From a virus (taxonomy: Duplodnaviria > Caudoviricetes), in IMG/VR virus record IMGVR_UViG_3300025862_000001, positions 1-55,862 of that record: DNA of 55,862 nt. One strand, given 5' to 3'. How positions within the stretch are numbered: the stretch's first letter is position 1; each line of letters opens with the position of its first letter. Positions 16,647 to 26,644 of the stretch are shown piece by piece. The position numbers and the translations under genes are program-made. Under the pieces are notes generated by a model, which worked only from the letters and a program-made list of their open reading frames with translations, had not been told where the DNA came from and ran no database searches.

Positions 16647-18143
16647 ATGGAGCTAGATCAAGTAACTGCGGAGACGCTGGCAATGGTCCAGAAGGCCGAA
16701 ACAAGTGGCGTTCTGGTCGGTACAGGTGTTCAGGGCGTAGACCTTTCGGGTCTCGTCGCTCTGGTTCCAGTCAACGTTCCCGCACGAAACAACACAAGTG
16801 CCTTTCCCCGCACGACTGCGGGCGAGGGTAGCCAGACCGCCGTATGGCGTTCGCTGTTGAACATCAACAGCAAGCAGTCAGACGCAGCGGTTGGGCTGGA
16901 CTTCGCCGGTTCGCTGACGAAGTTTGATGAGCAGGACTGCTTCGCACCGTATAAGCCGCTTGCAAAGGCCGGCCGTGTCACCCTTGACGCTGTCGCCGTT
17001 GCTCGCAACTACGCGGACGCGCTGGCGGTGGCTGAGCTTCAGACGCTCAACCAGCTGTTCATTGACCAGGATCTGCATATCATCAACAGTCAGAACTGGT
17101 CGCTGGGTAAAGGGTCGGCTCTCGCCGCCCCGACGTGCGTTGCCAAAATCACCGGCGGTACGTTGCACAAGTCCGTCAAATGGGAAGTTGGTTATGCTGC
17201 CCGTTCAGGAGCTAACTACTTCATTGGAGGCAACACGGAACTCTCCAAAAAGACCATAGTCGAAACCATCACCGAAGAAACATGCAGCATTTCCGCCACG
17301 ATCCCGGCGGTCAAGGGTGCGGTTGCGTACGACTGGTACTTCGGTGTTGACGGCGAAGAACTGTACTACTACACGACCACGACAACGGGTAAAGTGACAT
17401 TTACCACGAAGCCGGCTGCGGCTGCGGCTCTACCGACGCTGCCGTTGCTGAGTGCTGCGGAACCTCCGAAAACCGCGAAACTGCTAGGCGAACGCGTCGA
17501 AAAAGACACGTCGTTTAGCTCGAAGTGGTATAACGGTGTGATCGCCTCAACACTGGGCGACTACGGCGAAACGGGTGCGCTTACTCCGGGCACAGGTACA
17601 GCAACAGGCGCGACGTTCATCGACAACGGTGGTGCAGCTATCACCGCGACGGGCTCAAGCATCCCGGTGCTAGACGAAGTCAACGACGCTATCTGGGCGT
17701 CGGTCCAGCTCTCTCCGACGGCTTACATGGTCAACTCGGCTCAGGCCGACGAGATCAGCAAGGCGTGCCTAGAAAACAACACTGCCGTCACGTTCCTGCC
17801 GCCTACCGATCAGGATGCTAGAAGCAACCTGGCCGGCGGCGGGTACATCGGCCGCTACATCAATAAGGCTGCCGGTGGTGTCCCAGTGAGCATTGAGGTG
17901 CATCCGCACGTCGCACCGGGTACGATCATCGCCCGCACCGATCGCGTTCCCTTCCCCGGAAGCAACATCGGTTCGGTGTACGAGGTTCGTTGCCAGTACG
18001 ACACGATGCGCTTCGACTACGCGGCGAACTACGAACCTGCTGTGGAAGGCGGCGGACCTCGATACGACTTCGAGATTCGCAGCATGGAGACCCTTGTGAA
18101 TAGGGCTCCCGTCACGCAGGCCGTTGTCTCGAATATTGCCTAA
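16647..18143 (+). CDS. Major capsid protein
   Basis: Position, size, AGGAG RBS, IEVHPHVAPGTI motif; Thr-rich beta insertion. Confidence 0.85.
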   Translation: MELDQVTAETLAMVQKAETSGVLVGTGVQGVDLSGLVALVPVNVPARNNTSAFPRTTAGEGSQTAVWRSLLNINSKQSDAAVGLDFAGSLTKFDEQDCFAPYKPLAKAGRVTLDAVAVARNYADALAVAELQTLNQLFIDQDLHIINSQNWSLGKGSALAAPTCVAKITGGTLHKSVKWEVGYAARSGANYFIGGNTELSKKTIVETITEETCSISATIPAVKGAVAYDWYFGVDGEELYYYTTTTTGKVTFTTKPAAAAALPTLPLLSAAEPPKTAKLLGERVEKDTSFSSKWYNGVIASTLGDYGETGALTPGTGTATGATFIDNGGAAITATGSSIPVLDEVNDAIWASVQLSPTAYMVNSAQADEISKACLENNTAVTFLPPTDQDARSNLAGGGYIGRYINKAAGGVPVSIEVHPHVAPGTIIARTDRVPFPGSNIGSVYEVRCQYDTMRFDYAANYEPAVEGGGPRYDFEIRSMETLVNRAPVTQAVVSNIA

Positions 18144-18235
18144 GCAGTATTAGGCGAACCCTCTTCTCGCTCCCGCTGCGCGACAGTCGCGCTATGCGCG
18201 AGTTACCTCCCTGACCGCGCGCGGGAGCGAGAGGA
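18138..18235 (+). terminator. Structured hairpins after the capsid gene
   Basis: GCCTAA/TTAGGC and CTCGCTCCCGC/GCGGGAGCGAG inverted repeats. Confidence 0.55.
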
Positions 18236-18263
18236 ACCATTTTCCAAAAGGAGGTAGTACATC

Positions 18264-18545
18264 ATGGCTCAAATCCACAACGTAGAGGTTTCACAGACGA
18301 AGCGGTACGTAACCGACCCAGAGAAAGGGCTCGTCCTCAAGCACGACTCCCTGATCAAGCAGGGTTCGGCCAGCACGATCACGCACGACGGCGAGACCTA
18401 CAAGGTTGACTCGGACGGTACGTTCGACGTGTCAGAGGAGTGTGCGGCGTTCTTGACGCATACGCCCGGCTGGTATAACGGCCCAAATCCGTTCGTTACT
18501 GAGGCGCCGGCAGCTCCGGCACGTCGCGTGAAGAAGGCCGCGTAA
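18264..18545 (+). CDS. Small virion-associated protein
   Basis: AAGGAGG RBS; YKVDSDGTFDV; follows capsid gene. Confidence 0.7.
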   Translation: MAQIHNVEVSQTKRYVTDPEKGLVLKHDSLIKQGSASTITHDGETYKVDSDGTFDVSEECAAFLTHTPGWYNGPNPFVTEAPAAPARRVKKAA

Positions 18546-18654
18546 CATGCCCTGGTATGGATGGGCAATAACGGTTGTCGTGAGCGCGTGGATTCTGTTC
18601 TACGTGTTCTTCATTATCGTCTTTGCGAAAATCTGGAAAGCCAGCTAGGCTCAC

Positions 18655-19641
18655 ATGAGCCCCGCTTTCGTTCCTGAACCGTTCGTGCAACCGGCGGTCA
18701 GCCCAGACACTGCAACTCTCTTTCGCAGAGCGCCGTACATTTCACCTTCCGAGTACAAGCAAACGCCGACCGCAGTCGCGGTCAGCGGGCTTGTACCCGG
18801 AGGGAACGCGGCCGAAAACGAAGCGGCCCTAGCCGCTGTCATCGCACGCGCGAGTGACTGGGTGGACACGATCTGCTTCCACCGCGCGGACGGCACGCTA
18901 GCAGCTAGCCCGGCTACAGAGTCCGGGTGGATCCGCGTCAAGGGCGATGGTTCGATCAAGCTAATCTGCAACTACAAGCCGATCCTAGAGGTAGACGCGC
19001 TGGCGATCGGCTCCGGACCGAACAGCATGAGCAACATTGGACAGGAAGCCGCCGAAGAACTGACGATCGCCGGCCAGATCATTCAGCTCGCACAGGCGAG
19101 CCCCGTACGGGGCATCACCACCTTCTTTCCCAGCGTCCGCACCGTCGGCGGCAAGGTGTACGTGGTTTGGACGTACGTCAACGGCTACCCACATACTTAC
19201 CTAACGACAAAGGTTGAAGAAGAAGCGTCCGCCCTTGTTGTAGCCCCGTCCGTGCCGGGCGGCTCCGTTGTGTATGGCGTTTATCCTGGGACGCAACTCA
19301 CGATCCACGACGGCGCCGCGACAGAGGTCGTCGTCGTCTCGTCCGTGGAAGGTCTAACCCTCAATCTTCAGAACGAAACGCTGTATGAACACGAACCACC
19401 AAAAGCTCCGAACACGACCCGTGTCTCAGCCGTACCGTGGGTGGTGGAGCAGGCGTGTATATCGCTCGTGTCGGCACTAATCAAGATGCGCGGCTCCCGC
19501 GCGCTCGTGCTGCCGCAGACCGCAGCGGGCGCTACAGCTCCAGGGAAACAGGCAGCGATGCAGGGCGGCGGCGAGAAAGACATTGAGCTTGCGTTTGAGT
19601 TGCTCGCGCCGTTCGTGGTTCCGTATCTGCGGAGCACTTGA
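18655..19641 (+). CDS. Head-tail adaptor protein
   Basis: ARASDWVDTIC, Y.NGY, VP..VEQAC, LLAPF pattern. Confidence 0.75.
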   Translation: MSPAFVPEPFVQPAVSPDTATLFRRAPYISPSEYKQTPTAVAVSGLVPGGNAAENEAALAAVIARASDWVDTICFHRADGTLAASPATESGWIRVKGDGSIKLICNYKPILEVDALAIGSGPNSMSNIGQEAAEELTIAGQIIQLAQASPVRGITTFFPSVRTVGGKVYVVWTYVNGYPHTYLTTKVEEEASALVVAPSVPGGSVVYGVYPGTQLTIHDGAATEVVVVSSVEGLTLNLQNETLYEHEPPKAPNTTRVSAVPWVVEQACISLVSALIKMRGSRALVLPQTAAGATAPGKQAAMQGGGEKDIELAFELLAPFVVPYLRST

Positions 19642-19643
19642 CC

Positions 19644-19763
19644 ATGACAATCCACAGACGGAAAAACCCGCATGCTGTCAAAGCGCACAAAGTAAAAGTG
19701 CACCATACTAAAAAGCTGAAGGCACACAAGAGCCGGACGAAAAAGAAAGCGCCGCGAGTCTGA
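19644..19763 (+). CDS. 39-aa Lys/His-rich basic peptide
   Basis: Fills the intergenic gap exactly; TGATG coupling to next gene. Confidence 0.5.
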   Translation: MTIHRRKNPHAVKAHKVKVHHTKKLKAHKSRTKKKAPRV

Positions 19764-20281
19764 TGGGTAGAGCTGCTGTCAGAACCGCAGTCGCAGACTA
19801 CTTCGCAAACGCGGACATTCAATTCGTCGGTAAGGTGTACGCCGCACGCCCGGAGATCGTGGAGGAGACAGCATACGAAACCAACCGACTCAACGAAGCG
19901 GTTCCGTCAACAAACGGATCGAGCACGATCCTCGTCGTGAACATTCCGACCGACGACCGCAAGCGTCGCGCTGACACCGGCCGAGGCGCCGTAAACGACA
20001 CTTGGATTCACAAGATCGCGCTGGAGGTATTCTTCGCCAGCACAGGCGGCGCCGCAGTACCGGCGCAGGAAGACTACGACTCGATCATTGACAATATGGT
20101 CGAGCTCGTGCGTGCTAGCGGAACACTTGGCGCACCCGGAGTAATCTGGAGCGCAGGCGAGTACGAACACGGCATTGAACATAAGCAGTCGGCGCCGTTT
20201 ACGGACGCGGACGGCCTAACCGTGTTCATTACAGGCGAAGTTTCTTTCGACGCATACGAGTGGGTTTCAGGTCCCGTCTAG
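19763..20281 (+). CDS. Tail terminator/completion protein
   Basis: Position before tail tube; R.AVR.A...F N-terminus. Confidence 0.6.
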   Translation: MGRAAVRTAVADYFANADIQFVGKVYAARPEIVEETAYETNRLNEAVPSTNGSSTILVVNIPTDDRKRRADTGRGAVNDTWIHKIALEVFFASTGGAAVPAQEDYDSIIDNMVELVRASGTLGAPGVIWSAGEYEHGIEHKQSAPFTDADGLTVFITGEVSFDAYEWVSGPV

Positions 20282-20343
20282 AAACTTAGTACCCCCGGCG
20301 GATCTCCCGACGGACAACCAAAGCTAAAAGGAGCGCAAGGAAA

Positions 20344-21756
20344 ATGACTTATTTCTCGGCTTTGCCGGTCGTAGAGACTCAAATCGGGATCGCCATAGAG
20401 GCAGTACGTGGCACCCCAGAAGCGCCAGCCTACTGGCTTCCAATTATGGGGCCGAAGTACGTACCCGACGTTCAGCTGCTCCCCGATGCTGGGTTGCGCG
20501 GCTCGATGGTGACGCTCTACGATGAGATTCCCGGCCTGCGCTTCGACAGCCATGCTTGGGACGCCTACCCCTTCCTGGACTCATTCCCCGTCTTCCTCCG
20601 CGCGCTGCTCGGATCAAAAGACAATGTGCAAGCGCGTACGCCGCTAACGACGCTAGTCGCCGAAGCGAAATCATCCGACAAAAAAATCATCGTAGTTGAA
20701 AAACTCGCGGAAGGGCTCGTCGTCGTACTCGACGAAGGCGGAGCAGAAGAAGAGGCCACAACCCTCGGCAAAGAAACGAAAATCAAAGCCGGGGAATACG
20801 AATACGTCGTCCCCACGCTGACCAAGAAACATCTGATCGGCGCGACGGTCTCCGGCCCTACGGAACTCGTGAAAGAAGCGGTCGCGGGCGCCACGGAAAT
20901 CGTCGTTCCGTACAAAGTGGAAGCCGGACAGTATCTTGTTCTTGGGACGATCGCCGGTGAGCAGGAGACTGTTCTTGTGGTCGGTAGTCCTACTGAATCC
21001 AAAGCGGGTGAATGGAAAACCAAAGTCACCTACCCGCTCGCCTTCGCCCACAAAGCGAAAGCTCCTGTTGTCGGGTTGACAGGCCACGCATTCAGCTTGC
21101 TGAACAACGCGCCGGCCGAAGGAAACCAGCCCCCGTCCTGCACCATCACGGACTTTGCCGGCGAGGAAAACTGGCGCCAGCTCGCTAGGGCGCAGCTCAA
21201 CTCTCTCAACATCAAGGGCTCAGCCGAGGCGTTACCGACGGTTGCGGTGGACTGGTTCGCTGACAAGGCAATCACCCCCGCGCCTCCCTCTGCATCGTAC
21301 TCGTCTGCGGAGGCACCTCCGGGCTGGACTGCTGTCGCGACGATTGGTGGCACGCAGATTGGGTACATGGTCAACTGGGAGTTCGACCTGAAGCGGAATG
21401 TCAAGAACATTCCCGGCGTCACCGGGAACCAGAACTGGTATCAGCACTTCGCTGGTCCGCTGGAGGCGACCGCTAAAGTCACTGTGCTAGAGGATCGGGA
21501 AGCTACCTGGTTGACGGCCTACGAAAACGGTGAACTGGAGTCGATCGACCTCACGCTCAGTGATGTGAAGTCGGGCTTCGCGCTGAACCTACACTCCTCA
21601 AGCCTGAAGTTCACAAAAGGCAGCTTGGACCGCTCGAAAGAGTGGGTTGAGGTTCCGCTGGAGGCTCAGCTCATACCGTCCACGGCGGACGCGCTCGCAG
21701 GCGGCGTGTCCCCTATCGCGATGACTGTTGCCAATTCGCAGGCTACCAAATACTAG
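20344..21756 (+). CDS. Major tail tube protein with tandem inserted beta domains
   Basis: IGIAIE..RGTP..P..WLP N-terminus; position. Confidence 0.85.
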   Translation: MTYFSALPVVETQIGIAIEAVRGTPEAPAYWLPIMGPKYVPDVQLLPDAGLRGSMVTLYDEIPGLRFDSHAWDAYPFLDSFPVFLRALLGSKDNVQARTPLTTLVAEAKSSDKKIIVVEKLAEGLVVVLDEGGAEEEATTLGKETKIKAGEYEYVVPTLTKKHLIGATVSGPTELVKEAVAGATEIVVPYKVEAGQYLVLGTIAGEQETVLVVGSPTESKAGEWKTKVTYPLAFAHKAKAPVVGLTGHAFSLLNNAPAEGNQPPSCTITDFAGEENWRQLARAQLNSLNIKGSAEALPTVAVDWFADKAITPAPPSASYSSAEAPPGWTAVATIGGTQIGYMVNWEFDLKRNVKNIPGVTGNQNWYQHFAGPLEATAKVTVLEDREATWLTAYENGELESIDLTLSDVKSGFALNLHSSSLKFTKGSLDRSKEWVEVPLEAQLIPSTADALAGGVSPIAMTVANSQATKY

Positions 21757-22159
21757 TGCGATGGCGGCGGCGGGAGGGGATTAGGTTCTACTGTCGTCGC
21801 CGCCTTCGAGTCCATGTCGCCGTCTACCGTCCACGGTAGGATCGTAGCGAACTGCTCAGGCCATTTTGTTTGGCAGATCCTGTTTGCGGCGCGAGCGGCA
21901 TCTTGTTTATCAGAGAAAACCCCATCTACCCATGTCTCCTCCCCCCAACACGTATGCCCAGTGACAATGTAGTCAGTCCTTCCTAGCTGTTCTGCCCGGA
22001 GACGATTGCCCTCATCTTCAGCTAGGGCGGCTACCCACTCTAGAGCGGAACACTCTCGCTTCACGGCTAGTATGTGCCTCCTGTTTTCGCGCTTCCACAT
22101 TGCACCACAAACAAGCGTCACTAGAAACATCGCTAGGATTGCAACCCAAAGCATCTTAT
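21753..22159 (-). CDS. Membrane-anchored hypothetical protein
   Basis: GAGGAG RBS, N-terminal hydrophobic helix. Confidence 0.55.
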
Positions 22160-22365
22160 CTGCTCCTCGGGCCAGCGAACTTCCGAGAAACACGGACTTC
22201 TTCTCTGGCTGCCATGTAATCAAGCCACCCGATAAGCATCTCGTCAAAGGATTGATAGCCACTGAAATACGGTTCCCATAGCTCTTTGCAGCGGGCTGCT
22301 ATAGGGGCTGGTATCTCAACTAGATGTGGCTCCCTAATGTATGTTGCAGACATATCTTTCTCCAT
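22156..22365 (-). CDS. Hypothetical protein
   Basis: Part of minus-strand insert. Confidence 0.45.
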   Translation of the reverse strand: MEKDMSATYIREPHLVEIPAPIAARCKELWEPYFSGYQSFDEMLIGWLDYMAAREEVRVSRKFAGPRSR

Positions 22366-22438
22366 TCGTAGCTAACCAAATACTAGAAGCTACCTTAGCT
22401 GCCCTGCTACCTCCTCGGTAGCGGGCGGCTAGGGTACC

Positions 22439-22924
22439 TCAGCTTTCTGCTTCTTCTTGAGGGCCGTTCTGTACGGCGCCCAAGGCTTCCATCTTGCACG
22501 CGTTGGTCTTCAGGGTTTCCTCGTCCGACACGATCGCGGGAGACGCTTCATCGACCGGCGTGTTGCAGACTTCCTGCATGGTCGAGACGCACGAGGGTGA
22601 CAGCGTGCCTGTAGCGGCGTCTTCGTGGTCGCAAGCCACGGTCGATTCCGCTGTCCAGATGGGGTTCACGGACGCTTGCGCGCTCGCTTCGCTCGGCGCA
22701 GCAGGAGCGCTGACTGGGGTAGTGGTGGTGACAGCCGGTGTTACCGACGCAGGCTGTGTGCTTGTGCTCTTGCTGGGGCTGCTGCCCCCGAGAGCTATAG
22801 CGATGCCAATTACGAAGTAGACGAACAGCCCTAGTACGGCAATGAGGGCGAGTTTCAAGATCCCGTCAACTATGTCTTTGGTGGTCTGCATGATGTTCCC
22901 CGTTCCTTTGGTCTTGTTGTTCAT
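22439..22924 (-). CDS. Membrane protein with S/T/P linker and Cys-containing extracellular domain
   Basis: TM helix, low-complexity linker, four Cys; own promoter. Confidence 0.7.
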   Translation of the reverse strand: MNNKTKGTGNIMQTTKDIVDGILKLALIAVLGLFVYFVIGIAIALGGSSPSKSTSTQPASVTPAVTTTTPVSAPAAPSEASAQASVNPIWTAESTVACDHEDAATGTLSPSCVSTMQEVCNTPVDEASPAIVSDEETLKTNACKMEALGAVQNGPQEEAES

Positions 22925-22930
22925 AGGAAC

Positions 22931-22959
22931 AGTATCGCACCTCCTTGCCTGCTTGTCAA
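22931..22959 (-). promoter_or_regulatory. Early-type promoter (leaderless)
   Basis: TTGACA-AGCAGGCA..N17-GATACT, ATG 6 nt downstream. Confidence 0.75.
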
Positions 22960-23001
22960 TGGCAGGGAGGCTCTCTAAACGAATGTACTAGGAGGCGTAA
23001 A

Positions 23002-23523
23002 ATGAAGACAGTTCCCGTACCCGGAGGCTCCGCAGATTTGCGCGAGCAGAACGAGATCAAGGTCCGGCACCGCCGGCTAGTAGAATCCGCCAGCGTAGGC
23101 GCAGCTACCGCACTGGCAAAGCTACCATCCGATCAAGCCGAGCTAGAGGCCGCCACGCTCGCAGAGCTAGACCTCACAGAGGCCGAGGCCGACAATCTCT
23201 TCCGGCTCCAGGACGCGACCATCGTCGCAGCCCTGGACTCGTGGACGCTGCCAGGCCCGACCCCTACCCTCGCAACGGTTGGCGACCTCGACCCAGAGGT
23301 CTACGACGCGCTAGCGGAGGCAACCCGTGAGCTTGGCACTGCGATTGCTGGCGCAGAGGACTTCGAGCCATCTAACCCGGCGAGTCCGGAGTTCCAAGCG
23401 TCCCCTACGCCGCGCTCCGCAGGCTCCGAGGAGCACTCGAAGGGCGCCCAGGAGCCGGCATCGACGGAGACACTTCCGACAAGTACCAAGAGTTCAGATT
23501 TCGAAGGGCCTTTCACGGACTGA
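23002..23523 (+). CDS. Tail assembly chaperone (G)
   Basis: GGAGG RBS; SWTL...P...DL...YDAL pattern; upstream of tape measure gene. Confidence 0.8.
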   Translation: MKTVPVPGGSADLREQNEIKVRHRRLVESASVGAATALAKLPSDQAELEAATLAELDLTEAEADNLFRLQDATIVAALDSWTLPGPTPTLATVGDLDPEVYDALAEATRELGTAIAGAEDFEPSNPASPEFQASPTPRSAGSEEHSKGAQEPASTETLPTSTKSSDFEGPFTD

Positions 23524-23642
23524 CCCACGAGGATTTCCTGAATGAGCCCGACGCGACAGTGACTTGGTTGCTCGCCATAGATAGCCTCGTGCTCGACGTA
23601 CAAAACGAGCAGCGGAAGAGAGAAGAAGCTCGTGCCCGGTAA
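23400..23642 (+). CDS. Tail assembly chaperone -1 frame extension (GT)
   Basis: Start-less open -1 frame: PYAALRRLRGAL...LTHEDFLNEP..TWLLAID. Confidence 0.7.
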   Translation, partial: VPYAALRRLRGALEGRPGAGIDGDTSDKYQEFRFRRAFHGLTHEDFLNEPDATVTWLLAIDSLVLDVQNEQRKREEARAR

Positions 23643-24006
23643 CGTAGACGACGCAGCTTTCCAAGCGGCGCTAGATGCTCTGATGTTGCGTGTCAGCGCA
23701 GCTAGCGCCGCCGCTGTAAAGACAGCTGCGCTCGCCATACAGGCAGCCGGTATGGCGAACACGAAGGTCGTGTCCGGTACTAACCGCCGATCGTGGCGTA
23801 CGGAGAGTGCTGGGCCTTACGCCGCATTTGTCGGGCCGACGATGATATACAGCCGCCGGCTTGAGTTGGGATTCGAGGGCGCTGACTCGCTCGGTCGCGT
23901 TTATCACCAAGCCCCGAAACCTTATGTGCGACCGACATACGAGTCCATGTTACCTAAGATCAGGCCGTTTTTTGTTACTTCAATTTCTGCTGCCTTGAAA
24001 GCCTGA
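23632..24006 (+). CDS. HK97 gp10-like neck/tail protein
   Basis: VVSGTNRRS, VGPTMIYSRRLELG, PKPYVRP. Confidence 0.85.
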   Translation: MPGNVDDAAFQAALDALMLRVSAASAAAVKTAALAIQAAGMANTKVVSGTNRRSWRTESAGPYAAFVGPTMIYSRRLELGFEGADSLGRVYHQAPKPYVRPTYESMLPKIRPFFVTSISAALKA

Positions 24007-24019
24007 AAGGAGGTGTGAT

Positions 24020-26644
24020 ATGGCGGGTGAGTTTTTACCTCCGGTCGTGATTTCAATTGCAGTAAATGACGCGCCTGCGCTCGCACAGCTTGCTGGGCTC
24101 AAGGGCGCTATGGCAGACACAGCCGCCGCCTCAAGGGTTAGTGCCACGTCCATGAGTAGCAGCGCCGGCAAAGTCACAACTACTTACGAGGGAATGGGCG
24201 CCGGAGCGGCGGCCGGTGCAAGCGGAGTAAAGGTAGCTGAGAAAGACGCGGAGAGCGCGAGCAAGGGCTTCTCTGGTCGCATGGCGATGATGTTCGAGTC
24301 GATGGGCAACTCAATGTCAAGTTTCGGTATCCCGTTCGGTAATTCAGTGAAGAAAATGGGGTACGCAATGAAGGAGGGGGAGTCAGGTGCGAAAGGCTTC
24401 GGATCTAGTCTTCAGGGGCTATCGAAGATCGCGTCCCTTTCAGCCATCGCGATCGGAGGCGTTCTAGTTGCAGCCGCTCTCAAAGCCGGCGCCGCGACCA
24501 CCGAAGCGAACGCGCGCTTGATGACGGCCGCTCAGGATACCGGCAAGAGTATGGTGGGCGTCGAAGCGTCGTACTTGAAAACAGAGAAAGCCGGCGTAAA
24601 ACTTGGTTTCATGACAGATGAAACAGCGGAATCTCTTACCTCACTAACAGTTGCGTCTCACAGCTCAGCAAAGGCGGTTGAATTACAAAGCCTTGCCGAG
24701 AACTTGTCTGCAATGCGCAAAGTCCCCCTAATGACAGCAACAAAAGCGTTGGTTCAGTTGTACGGCGGCTCAGAAAGGGCGCTCAAACAGATGGGTGTCC
24801 AACTGGATACCGGCTCCATGAAGCTGAAAACGCAAGTGAAAGACACTGAAGCGCTCACAAAAGCAAAGGCTAACCTCAAGACCGCTGAAGAAGGTATGGC
24901 GGTAGCCGTCAAGAAGAGCGCGGAAGAACACGAAAAGGCAGAGGCGAAGGTAGCATCGGCGGAGGAAACGCTATCGCGTTCACAGGAAACGTTGAAGGGC
25001 GGTTCGGAAAGCCTCGCCGCCGCCCAGCACACGCTCACAGAAGCACAAAAGGGCGTAACTGAAGCCGCCGAAAAAGAGAAGACTGCAATCAAGGAAGCGG
25101 CCGCCGCACTCAAGTCAGCCGAAGAAGCAGCGAGGGAAACGGCTGAATCCGGCGCGAAGGGGATCGCAGCCGCTAAGACGAACCTGAGCAACTTGGAACA
25201 GGAACGCGCAAAGGAAGGCAACGAAGCAGGCATCAAGAAAATTGAAAGCGAAGAAAGCGTTCTAAAAGCTGTCAAGTCTGTAGCGAACGAACAAGCGCTA
25301 GCGCTGTTGGGCGGGAAGAAGGCTCAGCTCGAAGCGGCCGATAAAGGGATGGAAGCGCAGAAGAAGGAACAGGCGCTCACAAAGGCGAGCCAAGGCATCA
25401 TCGAAGCCGAAGCGACCGCACATAAGAATAACGCTAAAGCCATCCATACGGTTGAGACGGCACACGAAAAACTTGTGAAAGCTCAGAAGGCGGGGCTCGC
25501 TTCAAGTAAGGAAAACGAGGCTGCCGCGAACAAGGTTGCTACCGCGCAAAAAGGTGTTTCGGTTGCCGAGCGCACGCTTTCGGGCGATCTAGCAAATGTA
25601 CAAAAGGCAACGGATGGGTTGTCTCTCGCGCAGAAAGAAGCCGCCGCGCCATCTACAGCGTTGGCTGCCGCGCAAGAAAAGCTGAAGAAAGCTCATGAAG
25701 CGGTCTCAGTTGCGTCGCTCAAGGTAAAGAAGGACTCTAGTGCTTTGGGAGAAGTGCTAGCGAACCTAGCGAAAATCAGCATGGGGCAAGCCCAGAAAGC
25801 ATCTGAAACCACCACAGGGAAACTGCGCGTCCTACGCGCGACTCTCAATGAAGTCGCGGCTGAGATAAGTAAAAAATTAGAACCTGCCATCATGAAACTA
25901 GCTGAAGCGATGCTCAAGATAATTGGCTTTTTCAAGCAGCACACAACGGCAGCTAAAGCACTGGCGATCGCATTGGGGCTTGTAGCCATAGCGTGGCCGA
26001 TCACTAAGGTCATCGGCCTTTTTACCGCTATCAGTAAACTACTGATGCTGGGGAGGTTGGCGTCGCTCGCTAGGGGCGCAGCGGTTGCGATAGGGCTAAT
26101 CGGAACAGCGGAGGTAGGAACCGAGGCGGCGGCGCTTCCGTTGCTTGCTACGTTTGGGGCAATCGCCCTCGCAATCGGCGGGATTGTCGCGGTTGCAGAA
26201 GTGGCTAGCCGGCTGCTCGGCAAGGGTAGTTTCATAGAAAATGCGAAAGAACTCATCAGTGGAGGTACCGCCAAATATGAAAACATGGAAGCGAATACTA
26301 AAGGACAGGAACTAGCCAATCAGGTCCAGCAGAAACTTCTGAACAAACGGCGCGAACAAAAAGGGATGGCGCCTGTGAAATTCGCGCTCGGGGGAATCGT
26401 CTCTAAACCGACAGTGGTGGAAGTCGGGGAGGCAGGTCCGGAGGCGATCATCCCACTCGCTAGCGGTGGACTAACCGCACCGCCTGGCTTCACAGCGCTC
26501 CCGGCCATTCCCTCTAGCGGCACGCCCGGCAGCGGAGGCCCTGGCGGTCTAAACGTCCAAAACCTAACGGTGAACGGTATGAGTACGCCTAACGCGCAGG
26601 TTGTACAGGAACTCTACAGCCGCCTACGTCCGCTCCTCATCTGA
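24020..26644 (+). CDS. Tape measure protein
   Basis: 874 aa, Ala/Lys-rich helical, TM-like segments, FALGGIV..P...VGEAGPEAIIPL. Confidence 0.92.
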   Translation: MAGEFLPPVVISIAVNDAPALAQLAGLKGAMADTAAASRVSATSMSSSAGKVTTTYEGMGAGAAAGASGVKVAEKDAESASKGFSGRMAMMFESMGNSMSSFGIPFGNSVKKMGYAMKEGESGAKGFGSSLQGLSKIASLSAIAIGGVLVAAALKAGAATTEANARLMTAAQDTGKSMVGVEASYLKTEKAGVKLGFMTDETAESLTSLTVASHSSAKAVELQSLAENLSAMRKVPLMTATKALVQLYGGSERALKQMGVQLDTGSMKLKTQVKDTEALTKAKANLKTAEEGMAVAVKKSAEEHEKAEAKVASAEETLSRSQETLKGGSESLAAAQHTLTEAQKGVTEAAEKEKTAIKEAAAALKSAEEAARETAESGAKGIAAAKTNLSNLEQERAKEGNEAGIKKIESEESVLKAVKSVANEQALALLGGKKAQLEAADKGMEAQKKEQALTKASQGIIEAEATAHKNNAKAIHTVETAHEKLVKAQKAGLASSKENEAAANKVATAQKGVSVAERTLSGDLANVQKATDGLSLAQKEAAAPSTALAAAQEKLKKAHEAVSVASLKVKKDSSALGEVLANLAKISMGQAQKASETTTGKLRVLRATLNEVAAEISKKLEPAIMKLAEAMLKIIGFFKQHTTAAKALAIALGLVAIAWPITKVIGLFTAISKLLMLGRLASLARGAAVAIGLIGTAEVGTEAAALPLLATFGAIALAIGGIVAVAEVASRLLGKGSFIENAKELISGGTAKYENMEANTKGQELANQVQQKLLNKRREQKGMAPVKFALGGIVSKPTVVEVGEAGPEAIIPLASGGLTAPPGFTALPAIPSSGTPGSGGPGGLNVQNLTVNGMSTPNAQVVQELYSRLRPLLI

